From positions 43,534-107,533 of the forward strand of contig NIVC01003278.1 of the NCBI GenBank assembly GCA_002269645.1: a DNA stretch of 64,000 nucleotides, written 5' to 3'. Origin of the DNA: Macrostomum lignano (taxonomy: Eukaryota). Shown here piece after piece: positions 1 to 14,400 of this stretch. How positions within the stretch are numbered: the first letter of the stretch is position 1; each line of letters begins with the position of its first letter. Position numbers and translations under genes: made by a program. The notes beneath the pieces are model-generated. The model did no database searches, was not told the origin of the DNA, and worked only from the letters and a program-made list of their open reading frames with translations.

Positions 1-415
1 TATGGAATCTCACCCCTTATTATCGATGGGATCATGGAATCTCACCCCTTATTATCGACGGGACCATATGGAATCTCACCCCTAAGTATCGATTGAATCA
101 TGAAATCTCACCCCTTATTATCGATGGGATCGTGGAATCTCACCCCTTACTATCGATAGGATCATAGAATCTCACCCCTTATTATCGATGGAATCATGGA
201 ATCTCACCCCTTATTATGTATAGGGTAATGAATGTAGTCTCACCTCTTATTATGTATGGGACCATAGAATCTCACTCCTAAATATGTATGGGATCATGGA
301 ATCTCACCTCTTATTATTTATGGGATCATGTAATTTCACCCCTAATTATCGATGGGATCATGGAATACACCCCTAATTATCGATGGGATCATGAGATCTC
401 ATCCCTTAATTATTT
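1..415. repeat. Minisatellite, ~32-bp unit (ATGGAATCTCACCCCTTATTATCGATGGGATC)
   Basis: Direct tandem copies visible, moderately diverged; runs off window start. Confidence 0.9.
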
Positions 416-1392
416 ACGATGAGATCTAGAAAAAAAATAATTTAATAACGAAGCTATCAATATTTTGGTTACAAATAATATATGAAAATTTTCACCAGCG
501 CTACTTACAGTAGCACTAACAGAAGTATTCAAATTACTGCTATCTTAAGTTTTAAACAAAAACATTTTGCAGAGTGCAAACTAAACGCGGCCCAAGTCTA
601 GAAGTAATTCTCGATCCACTTTGAAATTTTTTGTAACTTTCGCTTTTTCAATCGAAGTCGCGGTCTCGAGTTTCGCTTGGCTGTCTTTCTCGTTGGAAAC
701 ACGCTGGAATTTTCACAAAAAAGAAGTCGTCCGGGACACTTCGCTTCTGCGGTGGACGGGCTCGGTCGGTAAAAGCTAGGAGGCTTCGCGGAGCCTAATT
801 AAAGCGGTCACCAAAAGACCCGAAGAGCACTCACTAAGGAAGAGTGTGGGATGGGAAGAGAAGAGGAGAATCGGTCAGAGTGGGACGGGAGGCTGACTCA
901 AAGAGAGGGCAAATTGTTAGAAAATAGACTAAGCCAGCTGGGATGCTCGAGGGCTATTCTAAACTAGATCCGCCTCCACCACACAGCCATCATCCTCTAA
1001 CTTTCACCTGGAGCTCTAATCCCCTGTGGGCTTTAATCTCTCCTCCCCCACTAAGGATGAAAGGATGTGAACTGAATATGTTGTCCACTATTCTTTATTA
1101 AAAAAGGTCTTTCACAACTGCTATAGTTAGCTAATGCCCTGTAAAGTCTCTAAGTCTATTATTTGTAGCACAATGCTACCCCATCCTTGCTTGCTTTGTG
1201 ACTTGCTTTCTAATTTCACCTTTTTTACGTTGAACAGCTACTGAGTTCTTTTAAACTCTTCATAAGTTTATTAAACTGAAGACTACGGCTTTTACCTGTA
1301 TTAAATTTTCCAGCCAAGTTTATCGGGTAAAATATTGACAAACTTTGAGAGCCTGTTGCCTTTTGAAGAAGCAAGCTATTTCAAAAATGACT

Positions 1393-2310
1393 AAGACCTT
1401 CTATGGCACGTTCTTAAGACACCTCATGGCCCGTCCTTAAGACTTTGTATGGCACGTTCTTAAGACACCTCATGGCCCGTCCTTAAGACTTTCTATGGCA
1501 CGTTCTTAAGACACCTCATGGCCCGTCCTTAAGACTTTCTATGGCACGTTCTTAAGACACCTCATGGCCCGTCCTTAAGACTTTGTATGGCACGTTCTTA
1601 AGACACCTCATGGCCCGTCCTTAAGACTTTCTATGGCACGTTCTTAAGACACCTCATGGCCCGTCCTTAAGACTTTCTATGGCACGTTCTTAAGACACCT
1701 CATGGCCCGTCCTTAAGACTTTCTATGGCACGTTCTTAAGACACCTCATGGCCCGTCCTTAAGACTTTCTATGGCACGTTCTTAAGACACCTCATGGCCC
1801 GTCCTTAAGACTTTCTATGGCACGTTCTTAAGACACCTCATGGCCCGTTCTTGACACCCCATAGCACGTCTTTAAGACACCCCATGGCACGACCTCAAGA
1901 CACCCCATGGCAGTCATTAAGACAACCCATGGCAAGTGCTTAAGTGCTTAAGGCATCCCATGGCACGTTCATAAGACACTCTAAGGCACGATCTTAAAAG
2001 AGCCCATGGCACGTTCATAAGACACTCTAAAGCAGGATCTTAAGAGACCCCATCGCACGAACTTAAGACACCCCATGGCGCGTTATTAAGACATCCCATG
2101 GCAAGTCCTTAAGACACCCTAAGGCACGTCGTTAAGTCACCCCATGGCAAGTCCTTAAGACACCCTAAGGCACGTCGTTAAGACATCCCATGGCACGTTC
2201 TTAAGACACTCCATGGCAGTCCTCAAGACAGCCCATGGCACGACCTTAAGGCACCCCATAACACGTACTTAAGACAACCTACGGCACGTCCTTAAAACAC
2301 CTTCTATGGT
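1393..2310. repeat. Minisatellite, 46-bp dimer of two 23-bp subunits grading into diverged 22-23-bp monomers
   Basis: AAGACTTTCTATGGCACGTTCTT + AAGACACCTCATGGCCCGTCCTT near-perfect to ~1850, degenerate monomers after. Confidence 0.95.
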
Positions 2311-2450
2311 ACACCTAAATGACATGATTGTCTAACACTAACTTGCATTTTCCCTAGGAACAGTGAAGGCATTACAAACAAGCTCAAGAAGCGATCGATT
2401 CATCAAGCTCTCTAGGCTCTAAGTGTCGTCATCCCATCAATTGAACTCAC

Positions 2451-5400
2451 CTTCGCATTCATAAAGAAGAGAAAATTCAACTGAACAAAGGTGAACAGGA
2501 TGCTAAGAGCGCCGCGTATTGGCACAATGGGATGCGAGCAGTTGGTCAGCTGGGATCCGTGCTGCAGACTCGCGGCCAGGGCTATCCCGTCTCGAATCAT
2601 TGAGGCGATGCCAAACACTGCAAAGTGTAAAGTTCAATGCTGGATGTAAGGCAGTGTACCTTTTAGCGGTCAGGTGGAGAATATAAGGGAACTGATAGTA
2701 TGTGAATCTTGAACAGACGTTATCAACTGTCACTCTTTTGTCATGGCCAGATGGCAACTTTGTGGTTACTTGTACCATAATTTACGGCTCGTGGAGGCTA
2801 TTAGCTCGTAAAAATGGTTTTTCCGTGATAGCTATTATCGTGTGACTATTGTGTGACTATCGTGTGACTATCGAGTGACTATCGTGTGACTATCGAGTGA
2901 ATATCATGTAACTATCATGTGACTATCGTGTGACTACCGTGTGACTATCGTGTGATTATCGTGTGACTATCGAGTGACTATCGTGTGACTACCGTGTGAC
3001 TATCGTGTGAATATCGTGTAACTATCATGTGACTATCGTGTGACTATCGTGTGACTATCGTGTGATTATCGTGTGACTATCGTGTGGCTATCGTGTGAAT
3101 ATCATGTAACTATCATGTGACTATCGTGTGACTACCGTGTGACTATCGAGTGACCATCGTGTGACTATCGAGTGACTATCGTGTGACTACCGTGTGACTA
3201 TCGTGTGAATATCGTGTAACTATCATGTGACTATCGTGTGACTATCGTGTGACTATCGTGTGATTATCGTGTGACTATCTTGTGACTACCGGTATAGTGT
3301 GATTATTATGTGATTATAGTGTGGCTATCGTGTGATAATCGTGTGATTCTCACTTCTCATTGACAAGTACTCAATTGTGAGGTGTAATGAGATGTATTAC
3401 AACAGTGAATTCAGCTTAGAATATAGGCAGGTTTGGAGCGTCAATGATATATTCCAATGATATCTATACATGTATCGGTAAAAAGCATACTGTACTATTC
3501 CTGTGCATGTTTGACTCATCTGCCTCGAGCCTCGAGAGAGATCAGACGCGTCACATTGGTCATTGCAGAGAATTCTAGCCTACAGAAGGGTGCCATAAAA
3601 CTGCTACTAAAAAAACTTGCCCAGCAGGAGTCCAACTGCAATTCCTTCTCTTACTTCAGACAAAAATAATCAATGGTCGTAAAATTTAGGGCTTTACTTG
3701 ACTATTTTCAACACAACAATGTGTACGGGGATGACTAAGCTTAGGTAACTAATATTAGTTCACGGGAATTAAAAGTCAGGCATCAATTTTTCCCTATGTA
3801 GAACACCCGTAGAGGTGTTAGAACTAGCTAAACCACTGTGATATGGTACACTTTCATTTTTTGCTCCCAGAGTGATTCCAACCGCGGGGGATCTGTTGTA
3901 GAGGCTCACGGTTGTAAAACTCAAAGTCTGCGGATAAAAAATGCTTGTGACTCACTCTGCACTGGACTGTCAGGAGTTAGCTGTGCCTGTGTTGTGGGCA
4001 GACGACTCCATGGTCACTGCGCCTGGTCAGTGCTGGCATGCTCCTACCCCGCCCTGTGTCTAAACACAAATGTCCGATGCAGCACAGCTTAATCCTGTTG
4101 CGCAACTGCCTCTATACCTTCAACTCAACTTGGACAGGAAGCTGGTGTGAAAGTGTGATGAAGCTGATGACACACTTCGAGTTGTTGCTGTCAGATTGTG
4201 CAACTAGTCGAGAGATTTTTTACCTAAGAAACTAACACTCAGATGTCTACACATCATTATTGTTTACATCATGTTGGCACCTTCTGCTTATACTGAAACA
4301 ACCACTCTTCACTTGCCACTCTCTGTGATACCCAATGACTCTTCACTTGCCACTCTCTGTGATACCCAATGACTCTTCACCGTGTCACACTCTGTGATAC
4401 CCATGACTCTTCACCGTGTCACACTCTGTGATACCCAATGACTCTTCACTTGCCACTCTCTGTGATACCCAATGACTCTTCACCGTGTCACACTCTGTGA
4501 TACCCAATGACTCTTCACTTGTCTCACTCTGTGATACCCAATAGTTCCCGACTTTGTCACACTCTGTGATACCCAATAGTTCCCGACTTTGTCACACTCT
4601 GTGATACCCAATAGTTCCCGACTTTGTCACACTCTGTGATACCCAATAGTTCCCGACTTTGTCACACTCTGTGATACCCAATGACTCTTCACTGTGTCAC
4701 ACTCTGTGATACCCAATGGCTCTTCACTGTGTCACACTCTGTGATACCCAATGGCTCTTCACTGTGTCACACACTCTCTGTGATACCCAATGACTCTTCA
4801 CTGCGTCACACACTCTCTGTGATACCCAATGACGTCACACTCACACTTTTTTTACACATTTTGTGTAAAAATGTTTATTGAAAATCGACAAAAATTATAT
4901 CAATGCCACCGCGAAAATTGATAATGACAGCGACATCAGCAAATAATCTTCCAAAAGCCCAGAAAATTCAGCATTGCAAAGGCCGATAGAGAGGAGCCAC
5001 AGTCGCTATGGATTACGTCATCAATGATTGGCTTTAGCAAAATTAATGGTTAAACACCTGATATATAAGGCCTATATGTATGATTATTAACCTTATTATT
5101 GTTGTTGGCAGTGCGTGTGATGCAATAATGATTGAGTATTAAGTATAGAGATCAGGGGAGGATTGAAAGGGGGGATGGGTGACTCATACTGAAGCAAATT
5201 CCGCAATTCTAGTTAAACAAAACCGAAAATTCTCAGGATGTAATCTTTAAGCTTTTGCGCTAAAAGCGTTGAGGTAAGGCATACATGACTCATTGCTTGC
5301 CTTCACTTCACCCGTGTCACTCTCCATTTCTTCAGTCACTCTACCGGCCAAGCCACCTCATTGTCACTCTCCTTCATTCTTCAGTCACTCTACCGGCCAA

Positions 5401-8400
5401 GCCACCTCATTGTCACTCTCCTTCATTCTTCAGTCACTCTACTGGCCAAGCCACCTCATTGTCACTCTCCTTCATTCTTCAGTCACTCTACTGGCCAAGC
5501 CACCTCATTGTCACTCTCCTTCATTCTTCAGTCACTCTACCGGCCAATCTACCTCATTGTCACTCTGCTTCATTTCTTCAGTCACTCTACTGGCCAAGCC
5601 ACCTCATTGTCACTCTCCTTCATTCTTCAGTCACTCTACTGGCCAAGCCACCTCATTGTCACTCTCCTTCATTCTTCAGTCACTCTACTGGCCAAGCCAC
5701 CTCATTGTCACTCTCCTTCATTTCTTCAGTCACTCTACTGGCCAAGCCACCTCATTGTCACTCTCCTTCATTCTTCAGTCACTCTACTGGCCAAGCCACC
5801 TCATTGTCACTCTCCTTCATTCTTCAGTCACTCTACTGGCCAAGCCACCTCATTGTCACTCTCCTTCATTTCTTCAGTCACTTCACCGACAAATCTACCT
5901 CATTGTCACTGTTTCATTTCTTCAGTCACTTCATCCCCAAGTATTTTTAAAAAATTCACTTTGTTTCATCCCTTTCACAGGTAAAAAGCTAAAAACCATA
6001 ATTAACACAGAATTTCTTGTAGCCAGAGCTCGCTAGAGTTCATCGTGCCAAAAAACTGGTCCGTAGCAAGAAGCACGGAAGCCACATAGTGCTGCAAGAC
6101 TTTGTCAGCCATAAATTATGCATTAATTGGTAGTTTTGATGGCTGCACTAGAGAAAGAAAAAGAGGCCAGTTCTGAGGCTCTCTACGTGTGGGACACGCG
6201 ACACCAATTGTGCAATGCTGGGTAAGTTGGGGAGATGAGATGAAATAAAACATTCGTAGCTGACAAACAAGTGACTAGTTGGCATTTAAGACTGGATAAT
6301 AGACGAAATTTGAGAATAATGCGTAGACTAGAGACTCATGGTTAGATTAGACCTATTGAGAAAGTACAGATTAGATTAGATTAGAGACTAACGATTAGAT
6401 TAGATTAGAGACTAATGAATAGATTCGATTAGATACTAATGAGTAGATTAGGTTAGAGAAAAATAATTAGATTAGATAAGAGACTAATGGTTAGATTAGA
6501 TTAGAGACTAATGGTTAGATTAGATTAGAGACTAATGGTTAGATTATATTAGAGACTAATGAGTAGATTAGATTAGAGACTAATGAGTAGATTAGATTAG
6601 AGACTAATGAGTAGATTAGATTAGAGACTAATGGTTATATTAGATTAGAGACTAATGAGTAGATTAGATTAGAGACTAATGAGTAGATTAGATAGAGACT
6701 AATGAGTATATTAGATTAGAGACTAATGGTTAGATTAGATTAGAGACTAATGAGTAGATTAGATTAGAGACTAATGATTAGATTAGATTATAGACTAATG
6801 ATTAGATTAGATTAGAGACTAATGAGTAGATTAGATTAGAGACTAATGATTAGATTAGATTATAGACTAATGATTAGATTAGATTAGAGACTAATGAGTA
6901 GATTAGATTAGAGACTAATGATTAGATTAGATCAGAGACTAATGAGTAGATTAGATTAGAGACTAATGAGTAGATTAGATTAGAGACTAATGGTTAGATT
7001 AGATTAGAGACTAATGGTTAGATTAGATTAGAGACTAATGAGTAGATTAGATTAGAGACGAATAAGTAGATTAGATAGAGACTAATGAGTATATTAGATT
7101 AGAGACTAATGATTAGATTAGATTATAGACTAATGATTAGATTAGATTAGAGACTAATGGTTAGATTAGATTAGAGACTAATGATTAGATTAAATTAGAG
7201 ACTAGTGAGTAGATTAGATTGGAGACTAATGAGTAGATTAGATTAGATCAGAGACTAATGAGTAGATTAGATTAGATTAGAGACTAATGAGTAGATTAGA
7301 TTAGATTAGAGACTAATGGTTAGATTAGAGACTAATGAGTAGATTAGATTAGATTACAGACTAATGGTTAGATTAGATAAGAGACTAATGAGTAGATTAG
7401 ATAGAGACTAGTGAGTAGATTAGACTAGAGACAAATGAATAGATTAGATTAGAGACACATCCTGCATGACCATTAGAGACCCGAGTGTCACACCAACCAG
7501 AGCTCGATACTAAGATCATACCGATGGCACCAAGCCGCAGGTAGAGGCCACCCTTGGCGGCGCTCCGCCTGAGCAGTCGAACTCCCGGATTTCTCCTTGC
7601 CGTCCATCGACGATCAAGTCTCGACGATGTCGCGGCCGCTGTGTCGGCGCCCTCCCGCAGCAGCAGAGCGTAAACGCAGGCCATAAACCCGATGGCCGTC
7701 ACGAACAGGTAGATGTAGAATGCCTGCAAAGGGGATTGCATTTATGGTTTGAAAGTTGATGAAGGGAGTGGTTGTTGTTTTTTACCGTTAAATTAGAATA
7801 CCCCACACAGCGAGGGTAGGAGAGAGAATAAAGGGGGGTTAAGAGAGAGAGGGTAGTAGAGAGAGGGTAGGAGAGAGAGGGTAGGAGAGAGAGGGTAGGG
7901 GAGAGAGGGTAGGAGAGAGAGGGTACGAGAGAGAGGGTAGAAGAGAGAGGGTAGGAGAGAGAATAAAGGGGGGTAAGAGAGAGAGGGTAGTAGAGAGAGG
8001 GTAGGAGAGAGAGGGTAGGAGAGAGAGGGTAGGGGAGAGAGGGTAGGAGAGAGAGGGTAGGAGAGAGAGGGTAGGGGAGAGAGGGTAGAAGAGAGAGGGT
8101 AGGGGAGAGAGGGTAGAAGAGAGACGGTAGGAGAGAGGAGGTAGGAGAGAGAGGGTAGAAGAGAGAGGGTAGGGGAGAGAGGGTAGGAGAGAGAGGGTAG
8201 GAGATAGAGGGTAGTAGAGAGAGGGTAGGAGAGAGAGGGTAGGAGAGAGAGGGTAGGGGAGAGAGGATAGAAAAGAGAGGGTAGGAGAGAGAGGGTAGGA
8301 GAGAGAGGGTAGGAGAGAGAGGGTAGGAGAGAGAGGGTAGGAGAGAGAGGGTAGAAGAGAGAGGGTAGAAGAGAGAGGGTAGAAGAGAGAGCGTAGTAGA

Positions 8401-11400
8401 GAGAGGGTAGGGGAGAAAGGGTAGAAAAGAGAGGGTAGCAGAGAGAGGGTAGGAGAGAGAGGGTAGGAGAGAGAGGGTAGGACAGAGAGGGTAGGAGAGA
8501 GAGCGTAGGGGAGAGAGGGTAGAAAAGAGAGGGTATGACAGAGAGGGTAGGAGAGAGAGGGTAGGGGAGAGAGGGTAGAAAAGAGAGGGTAGGAGACAGG
8601 GTAGGAGTGAGGGAACGAATAGAAGCAGTTGTGAAACCCAAGAGCGTCCCCCCCCCCAACAAGGTTCGTCTCTCCAGCAGGGCCAGACGTGTACGACGTA
8701 AACAAATACACGCGCATGTATAAATGTTTTCTCTCCAATATTGAATTCTCAGCTTCAATTCTGTTTTAGTAGGCAGGCAGGCAGGCAGGCAGACATTGGG
8801 AGTTATAATAAAGTATTTGGTTTGTGTTCAGCGCGTGCCTAACAAGCCCACCGCAGCTCCTGGGCCTACAAGATTTTTGCTGACGGTGCACCAAAGTCGA
8901 AAATACGGAGCTATAGGGAGAGAAGGAGGCAGAAGCGAAACTTTAATAAACACTGGAGCCACCAGGGTTCTCAGATTTCAATGCAAAACGAATTTTTCGC
9001 AAGCAAAAATGAAATAAGAGTTTTCTTCTTTGCAGCTGAGAAGATGCGCGTTTTGATGGAGAAATTTTTTAAATCGTTTGTGTTTTTATTATTCGTGATC
9101 AAAAATGAAGACTGAAGGGTTTGTGTGAAGAGTTCAGTGTTTGTGTGAAGATTTCAGTGTTTGTGTGAAGATTTCAGTGTTTGTGTGAATAGTTCTGGGT
9201 TTGTGTGAAGATTTCAAGGTTTGTGTGAAGATTTCAAGGTTTGTGTGAAGATTTCAAGGTTTGTGTGAAGATTTCAAGGTTTGTGTGAAGATTTCAAGGT
9301 TTGTGTGAAGATTTCAAGGTTTGTGTGAAGATTTCAAGGTTTGTGTGAAGATTTCAAGGTTTGTGTGAAGATTTCAGTGTTTGTGTAAATATTTCAGTGT
9401 TTGTGTGAAGATTTCAGTGTTTGTGTAAGGAGTTCAGTGTTTGTGTAAAGATTTCAGTGTTTGTGTGAATAGTTCTGGGTTTGTGTGAAGATTTCAAGGT
9501 TTGTGTGAAAATTTCAAGGTTTGTGTGAAGATTTCAGGGTTTGTGTGTGAAGCTTTCAGTGTGTGTGTGTGTGTGTGTGTATGAATATTTCAGTGTTTTT
9601 TGAAGATTTCAGGGTTTGTGTGAATATTTTGGATTTGTGTAGATATTTTGGATTTGTGTAGATATTTTGGGATTGTGTGAATACGCTCGTATTTTGGGAT
9701 TGTGTGAATACGCTCGTATTTTGGGATTGTGTGAATACGCTCGTATTTTGGGATTGTGTGAATACGCTCGTATTTTGGGATTGTGTGAATACGCTCGTAT
9801 TTTGGGATTGTGTGAAGATTTTAAGCTTGCGTGCGGGTTTTTGAGTTTGTGCGAAGATTGAGGTTTAAGAAAAGAGTTTGCAAGAAGTTTAGAATTTAGA
9901 ATTTGATTTTTCAGTAGATTTTATTGTAAACTGCACCAGACTTTATAAGAAATTAATTATCTCGTATATACTCTAAGCAAAGTCTACACTTCTTACTCTG
10001 ACTGCAGCGTCAATATTATCATGACTCATACTACAATACGAACTTCTTACCTATTAATTTTCATTCCTAAACCGATCATTAAAGCCTCTCCTTATCTTTA
10101 TCATCCATTATTATTATTATCTGTGGCTGCTTTCCTGTCTGTCTGTCAACCTCAGTCTCTGCGCCTTTGACTTTCTGAGTTTGCTGAGACTGTCTGATAT
10201 ATCTGGCTTATATAATGATAATTCTATAATATTAATACATATCGATTTTGTATTTCTCATGTTTTTATTGATTTTAGATTCTATAGATCTTTTTTATTGT
10301 GGTTTTGTACCTCAACGCTCCCACATTCCTCACCTCAAAGCTGAATTCGATGGCTGACTGCTTCGAGTAAACTACTTTTGCAGGGATCAATAGGCCGAGA
10401 CAGCAGAGCAGTATGCAGTAGATCCCGCTGAGGATGTTGGCCAGCGATGCCCTGAAAATGGGAATGAGGATTTTAGGGATTTTATAGTTAAAAATCACCG
10501 TGATAAAAGGTAAAATATGAAGCGCTAATCTATAGAATGGATTGCTAATCTATAGAATGGATTGCTAATCTATAGAATGGATTGCTAATCTATAGAATGG
10601 ATTGCTAATCTATGCAATGGATTCCTAATCTATAGAATGGATTGCTAATCTATAGAATGGATTGCTAATCTATACAATGGATTGCTAATCTATGCAATGG
10701 ATTGCTAATCTATAGAATGGATTGTAATTCCAAGTCTTCTCTGTGCCACAATGCAGTAAATCAGGCTTCGATAGAATTAGAAATTCGGCTTCCAGATTAG
10801 CGGTCTGCCTGAACGTGGCACAAGCAGCAGAGCCGAGGCTTCAGTTCTTTTCTCACACAAAAGACAAACAGATGAAAGAGACAGACCTTTGCAAAAAGAG
10901 AGGTTTGAGATAATACCTGATTGAAAAGTACATTTAGCTACAAATAGAATTTTCGTTTGACATTGTCTAGCAATTTGAAAGCATTTTCTAGAAAATACTC
11001 GTTTCTTTTGACTTGAGTGTACTATATGAGTTTACTATTATTTTTATCTATGAGTTTACTATTGTGCTTATCAATGAGTTTACTATTGTGTTTATCAATG
11101 AGTTTACTATTGTATTTATCAATGAGTTTTCTATTGTGTTTATCAATGAGTTTACTATTGTGCTTATCAATGAGTTTACTATTGTGTTTATCAATGAGTT
11201 TACTATTGTATTTACCAATGAGTTTACTATTGTGTTTATCAATGAGTTTACTATTGTGTTTATCAATGAGTTTACCATTGTGTTTATCAATGAGTTTACT
11301 ATTATTTTTATCTATGAGTTTACTATTGTGCTTATCTATGAGTTTACTATTGTGCTTATCAATGAGTTTACTATTGTGTTTATCAATGAGTTTACTATTG

Positions 11401-14400
11401 TATTTATCAATGAGTTTTCTATTGTGTTTATCAATGAGTTTACTATTGTGCTTATCAATGAGTTTACTATTGTGTTTATCAATGAGTTTACTATTGTATT
11501 TACCAATGAGTTTACTATTGTGTTTATCAATGAGTTTACTATTGTGTTTATCAATGAGTTTACCATTGTGTTTATCAATGAGTTTACTATTGTGCTTATC
11601 TATGAGTTTACTATTGTGCTTATCAATGAGTTTACTATTGTGTTTATCAATGAGTTTACTATTGTATTTATCAATGAGTTTTCTATTGTGTTTATCAATG
11701 AGTTTACTATTGTGCTTATCAATGAGTTTACTATTGTGTTTATCAATGAGTTTACTATTGTATTTATCAATGAGTTTTCTATTGTGTTTATCAATGAGTT
11801 TACTATTGTGCTTATCAATGAGTTTACTATTGTGTTTATCAATGAGTTTACTATTGTATTTATCAATGAGTTTACTATTGTGTTTATCAATGAGTTTACT
11901 ATTGTGTTTATCAATGAGTTTACTATTGTGCTTATCTATGAGTTTACTTTTGTGTTTATCAATGAGTTTACTATTGTATTTATCAATGAGTTTACTATTG
12001 TGTTTATCAATGAGTTTACTATTGTGTTTATCAATGAGTTTACTATTGTGTTTATCAATGAGTTTAATAGTGTGTTTATCAATGAGTTTACTATTGTGTT
12101 TGTCAATGAGTTTACTATTGTGTTTATCTATGAGTTTAATATTGTGTTTATCTATGAGTTTAATATTGTGTTTATCTATGAGTTTACTATTGTGTTTATC
12201 TCTGAGTTTACTACAGAGTTTACTCCAACATCAGTAAGCTCTGGCAAAACGGTCAGAATCGGGACAAATATCTATAATCTAACAGAAAAATCGTTTTCAC
12301 TTCTCAGATTCTATTTTTAGATGCCTGAAACGGCGAGAGGGCGAGCCTGGGTGGGGGGGGTGAGAGTCTGACAGAAAGCCTCCGGGGGGGGGGAGCTTAT
12401 AGCGAGAGAAGGGAAAAAACAACTTCCACATCGCCGGGATATAATTTGTCCACACAACCAGATCAAGCATGGTTTTGTCAATGTGTCCAGAAATGATGGA
12501 CTCCGCGCAGAGGGCACGCAGATCATCAGCAGTTTTCGCTCTGCCTCAAATGAATGATGAATGAAAGTACCGGAGACTGGGGAGACTCAACCCAAGCTAG
12601 TTGTTTCTTTTTTGCTGCCTATACTTTCACAAGAGGTCTCCGTTGGCACTAATTGCTCAACAAGGACGGCTAAAAATAGTAGAAAATTGGATTGGAAATT
12701 ACCGCGAGCTAAAATCTTCTGGATTTTTATTATTCAGGTTTTTTCGTCTGCTTTTATGGCGGCCAAACTCCGGGAATTTGCGCCTTTCAGACACTCAAAT
12801 CAGCGCCCTAAAGACGCCCGAATCGACGCCCTAAAGACAGCCGATCGGCGCCTCTCAGACTCACATCGACGCCTTAAAGACATTCAAATCGACGCCCTAA
12901 AGACACCCGAATCGGCGCCCTAAAGACACCCGAATCGACGCCCTAAAGACACTCGAATCGACGCCCTAAAGACATTCGAATCGACGCCCTAAAGACACCC
13001 GAATCGGCGCCCTAAAGACACCCAAATCGGCGCCCTAAAGACACCCGAATTGGCGCCCTAAAGACACCCGAATCGGCGCCCTAAAGACACTCGAATCGAC
13101 GCCCTAAAGACACTCGAATCGACGCCCTAAAGACACCCGAATCGACGCCCTAAAGACACCCGAATCGACGCCCTAAAGACACCCAAATCGGCGCCCTAAC
13201 GACACCCGAATCGACGCCCTAAAGACAGCCCCACCGCACGTCAAAAGCTCACTTAAACGCCTCTTGCATATATCCGGTCTGCAGGTCAATGTTGGCAGCA
13301 CCAGTCGGTTTCAGAATGCCCACCAGAGGCGTCCCGTGCCTGCCAACTTGCTGAGGATGTCGACGAGGTGACAGCAGCTGATGCTGCTGACTGCAGTGCT
13401 GCCTTGGTGCCTTGCCGCCCAGCATCAGAGTTGGCGTCCTTGATGAGGAGGCATCGGCTTTCGCCAAGATCAAGTGCTGAAACTCTGTTGAGCTCTGCGT
13501 CTCGGGGGAAGTATTGCTGATGCCTGCAAGGGTGAGAAGTTGATTGACAGGTGTGAGGGCTTTTAATTAGGAAGCTAAATGGATAATTTTAAGGATGTGA
13601 TTCGTTTATGTATAGGACATTTAGAATTTTGAATTTTGAGTGATTGGTCAAGGGGATATTTTGAGTATGTGGATATTTTGAGTATAGGGATATTTTGAGT
13701 ATAGGGATATTTTGAGTATAGGGATATTTTGAGTATAGGGATATTTTGAGTATGGGGATATTTTGAGTATTGGGATATTTTGAGTATGGGAATATTTTGA
13801 GTATGGGGATATTTTGAGTATGGGGATATTCTGAGTATGGGGATATTCTGAGTATGGGGATATTTTGATTATGGGGATATTCTGAGTTTGGGATGTTTGA
13901 GCATGGAGACAGTTTTAGCTTGAGATATTTAGCATAGCTAGTTTTTTAAGTTAGAAAACTTTATAGATGCCCAGAATTGCTGGTTTGAGAAGTGCATCAA
14001 GTGCTAATTATTACAGGATTTTGTTCTGCTGCATCGAAAGATCCCATGAAAATTGCAGGTTGAGGAACAGGAAACTTCTGGATGAGTCATACGGCAGCGA
14101 CTGTCTGAAATTTGATTGAGCAAAACTGCATCTCCAGAGTCAGACAAGCGAATAAGATGCAAATAACCTAGCCGCGGTTTTCACGTTAACTGAAAACTCA
14201 AACTCGACGATTTTCCACGAGTTTCTTCTCTTCCGCGTCGGGGGGTTTTCAATTTTTGTCTCGTTTCCTCGGATCAAGCAATTGGTGGGTGGGATGGAGA
14301 GAGAGATGTGGTGACTGTGTCCTCATGCTTTCCGCAAGATCGAGACGACGTATTCATTGAGACGCAAGTTGCCGTCGAAAATGTAATTATGACTCATACT

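Noticed and set aside
5285-6036. Three overlapping 200-250-aa ORFs
   Set aside because: Translations of the 49-bp minisatellite; no non-repetitive coding signal
6372-7458. TTAGA pentamers as interstitial telomere
   Set aside because: Not TTAGGG or TTAGG, and embedded in a longer 24-bp unit
7793-8758. 321-aa and 299-aa LSYP/LSPT ORFs resembling extensin-like proteins
   Set aside because: A pyrimidine-only repeat cannot encode stops; lies inside an otopetrin intron
11013-12320. 435-aa and 406-aa hydrophobic repeat ORFs
   Set aside because: 24-bp tandem repeat artefacts
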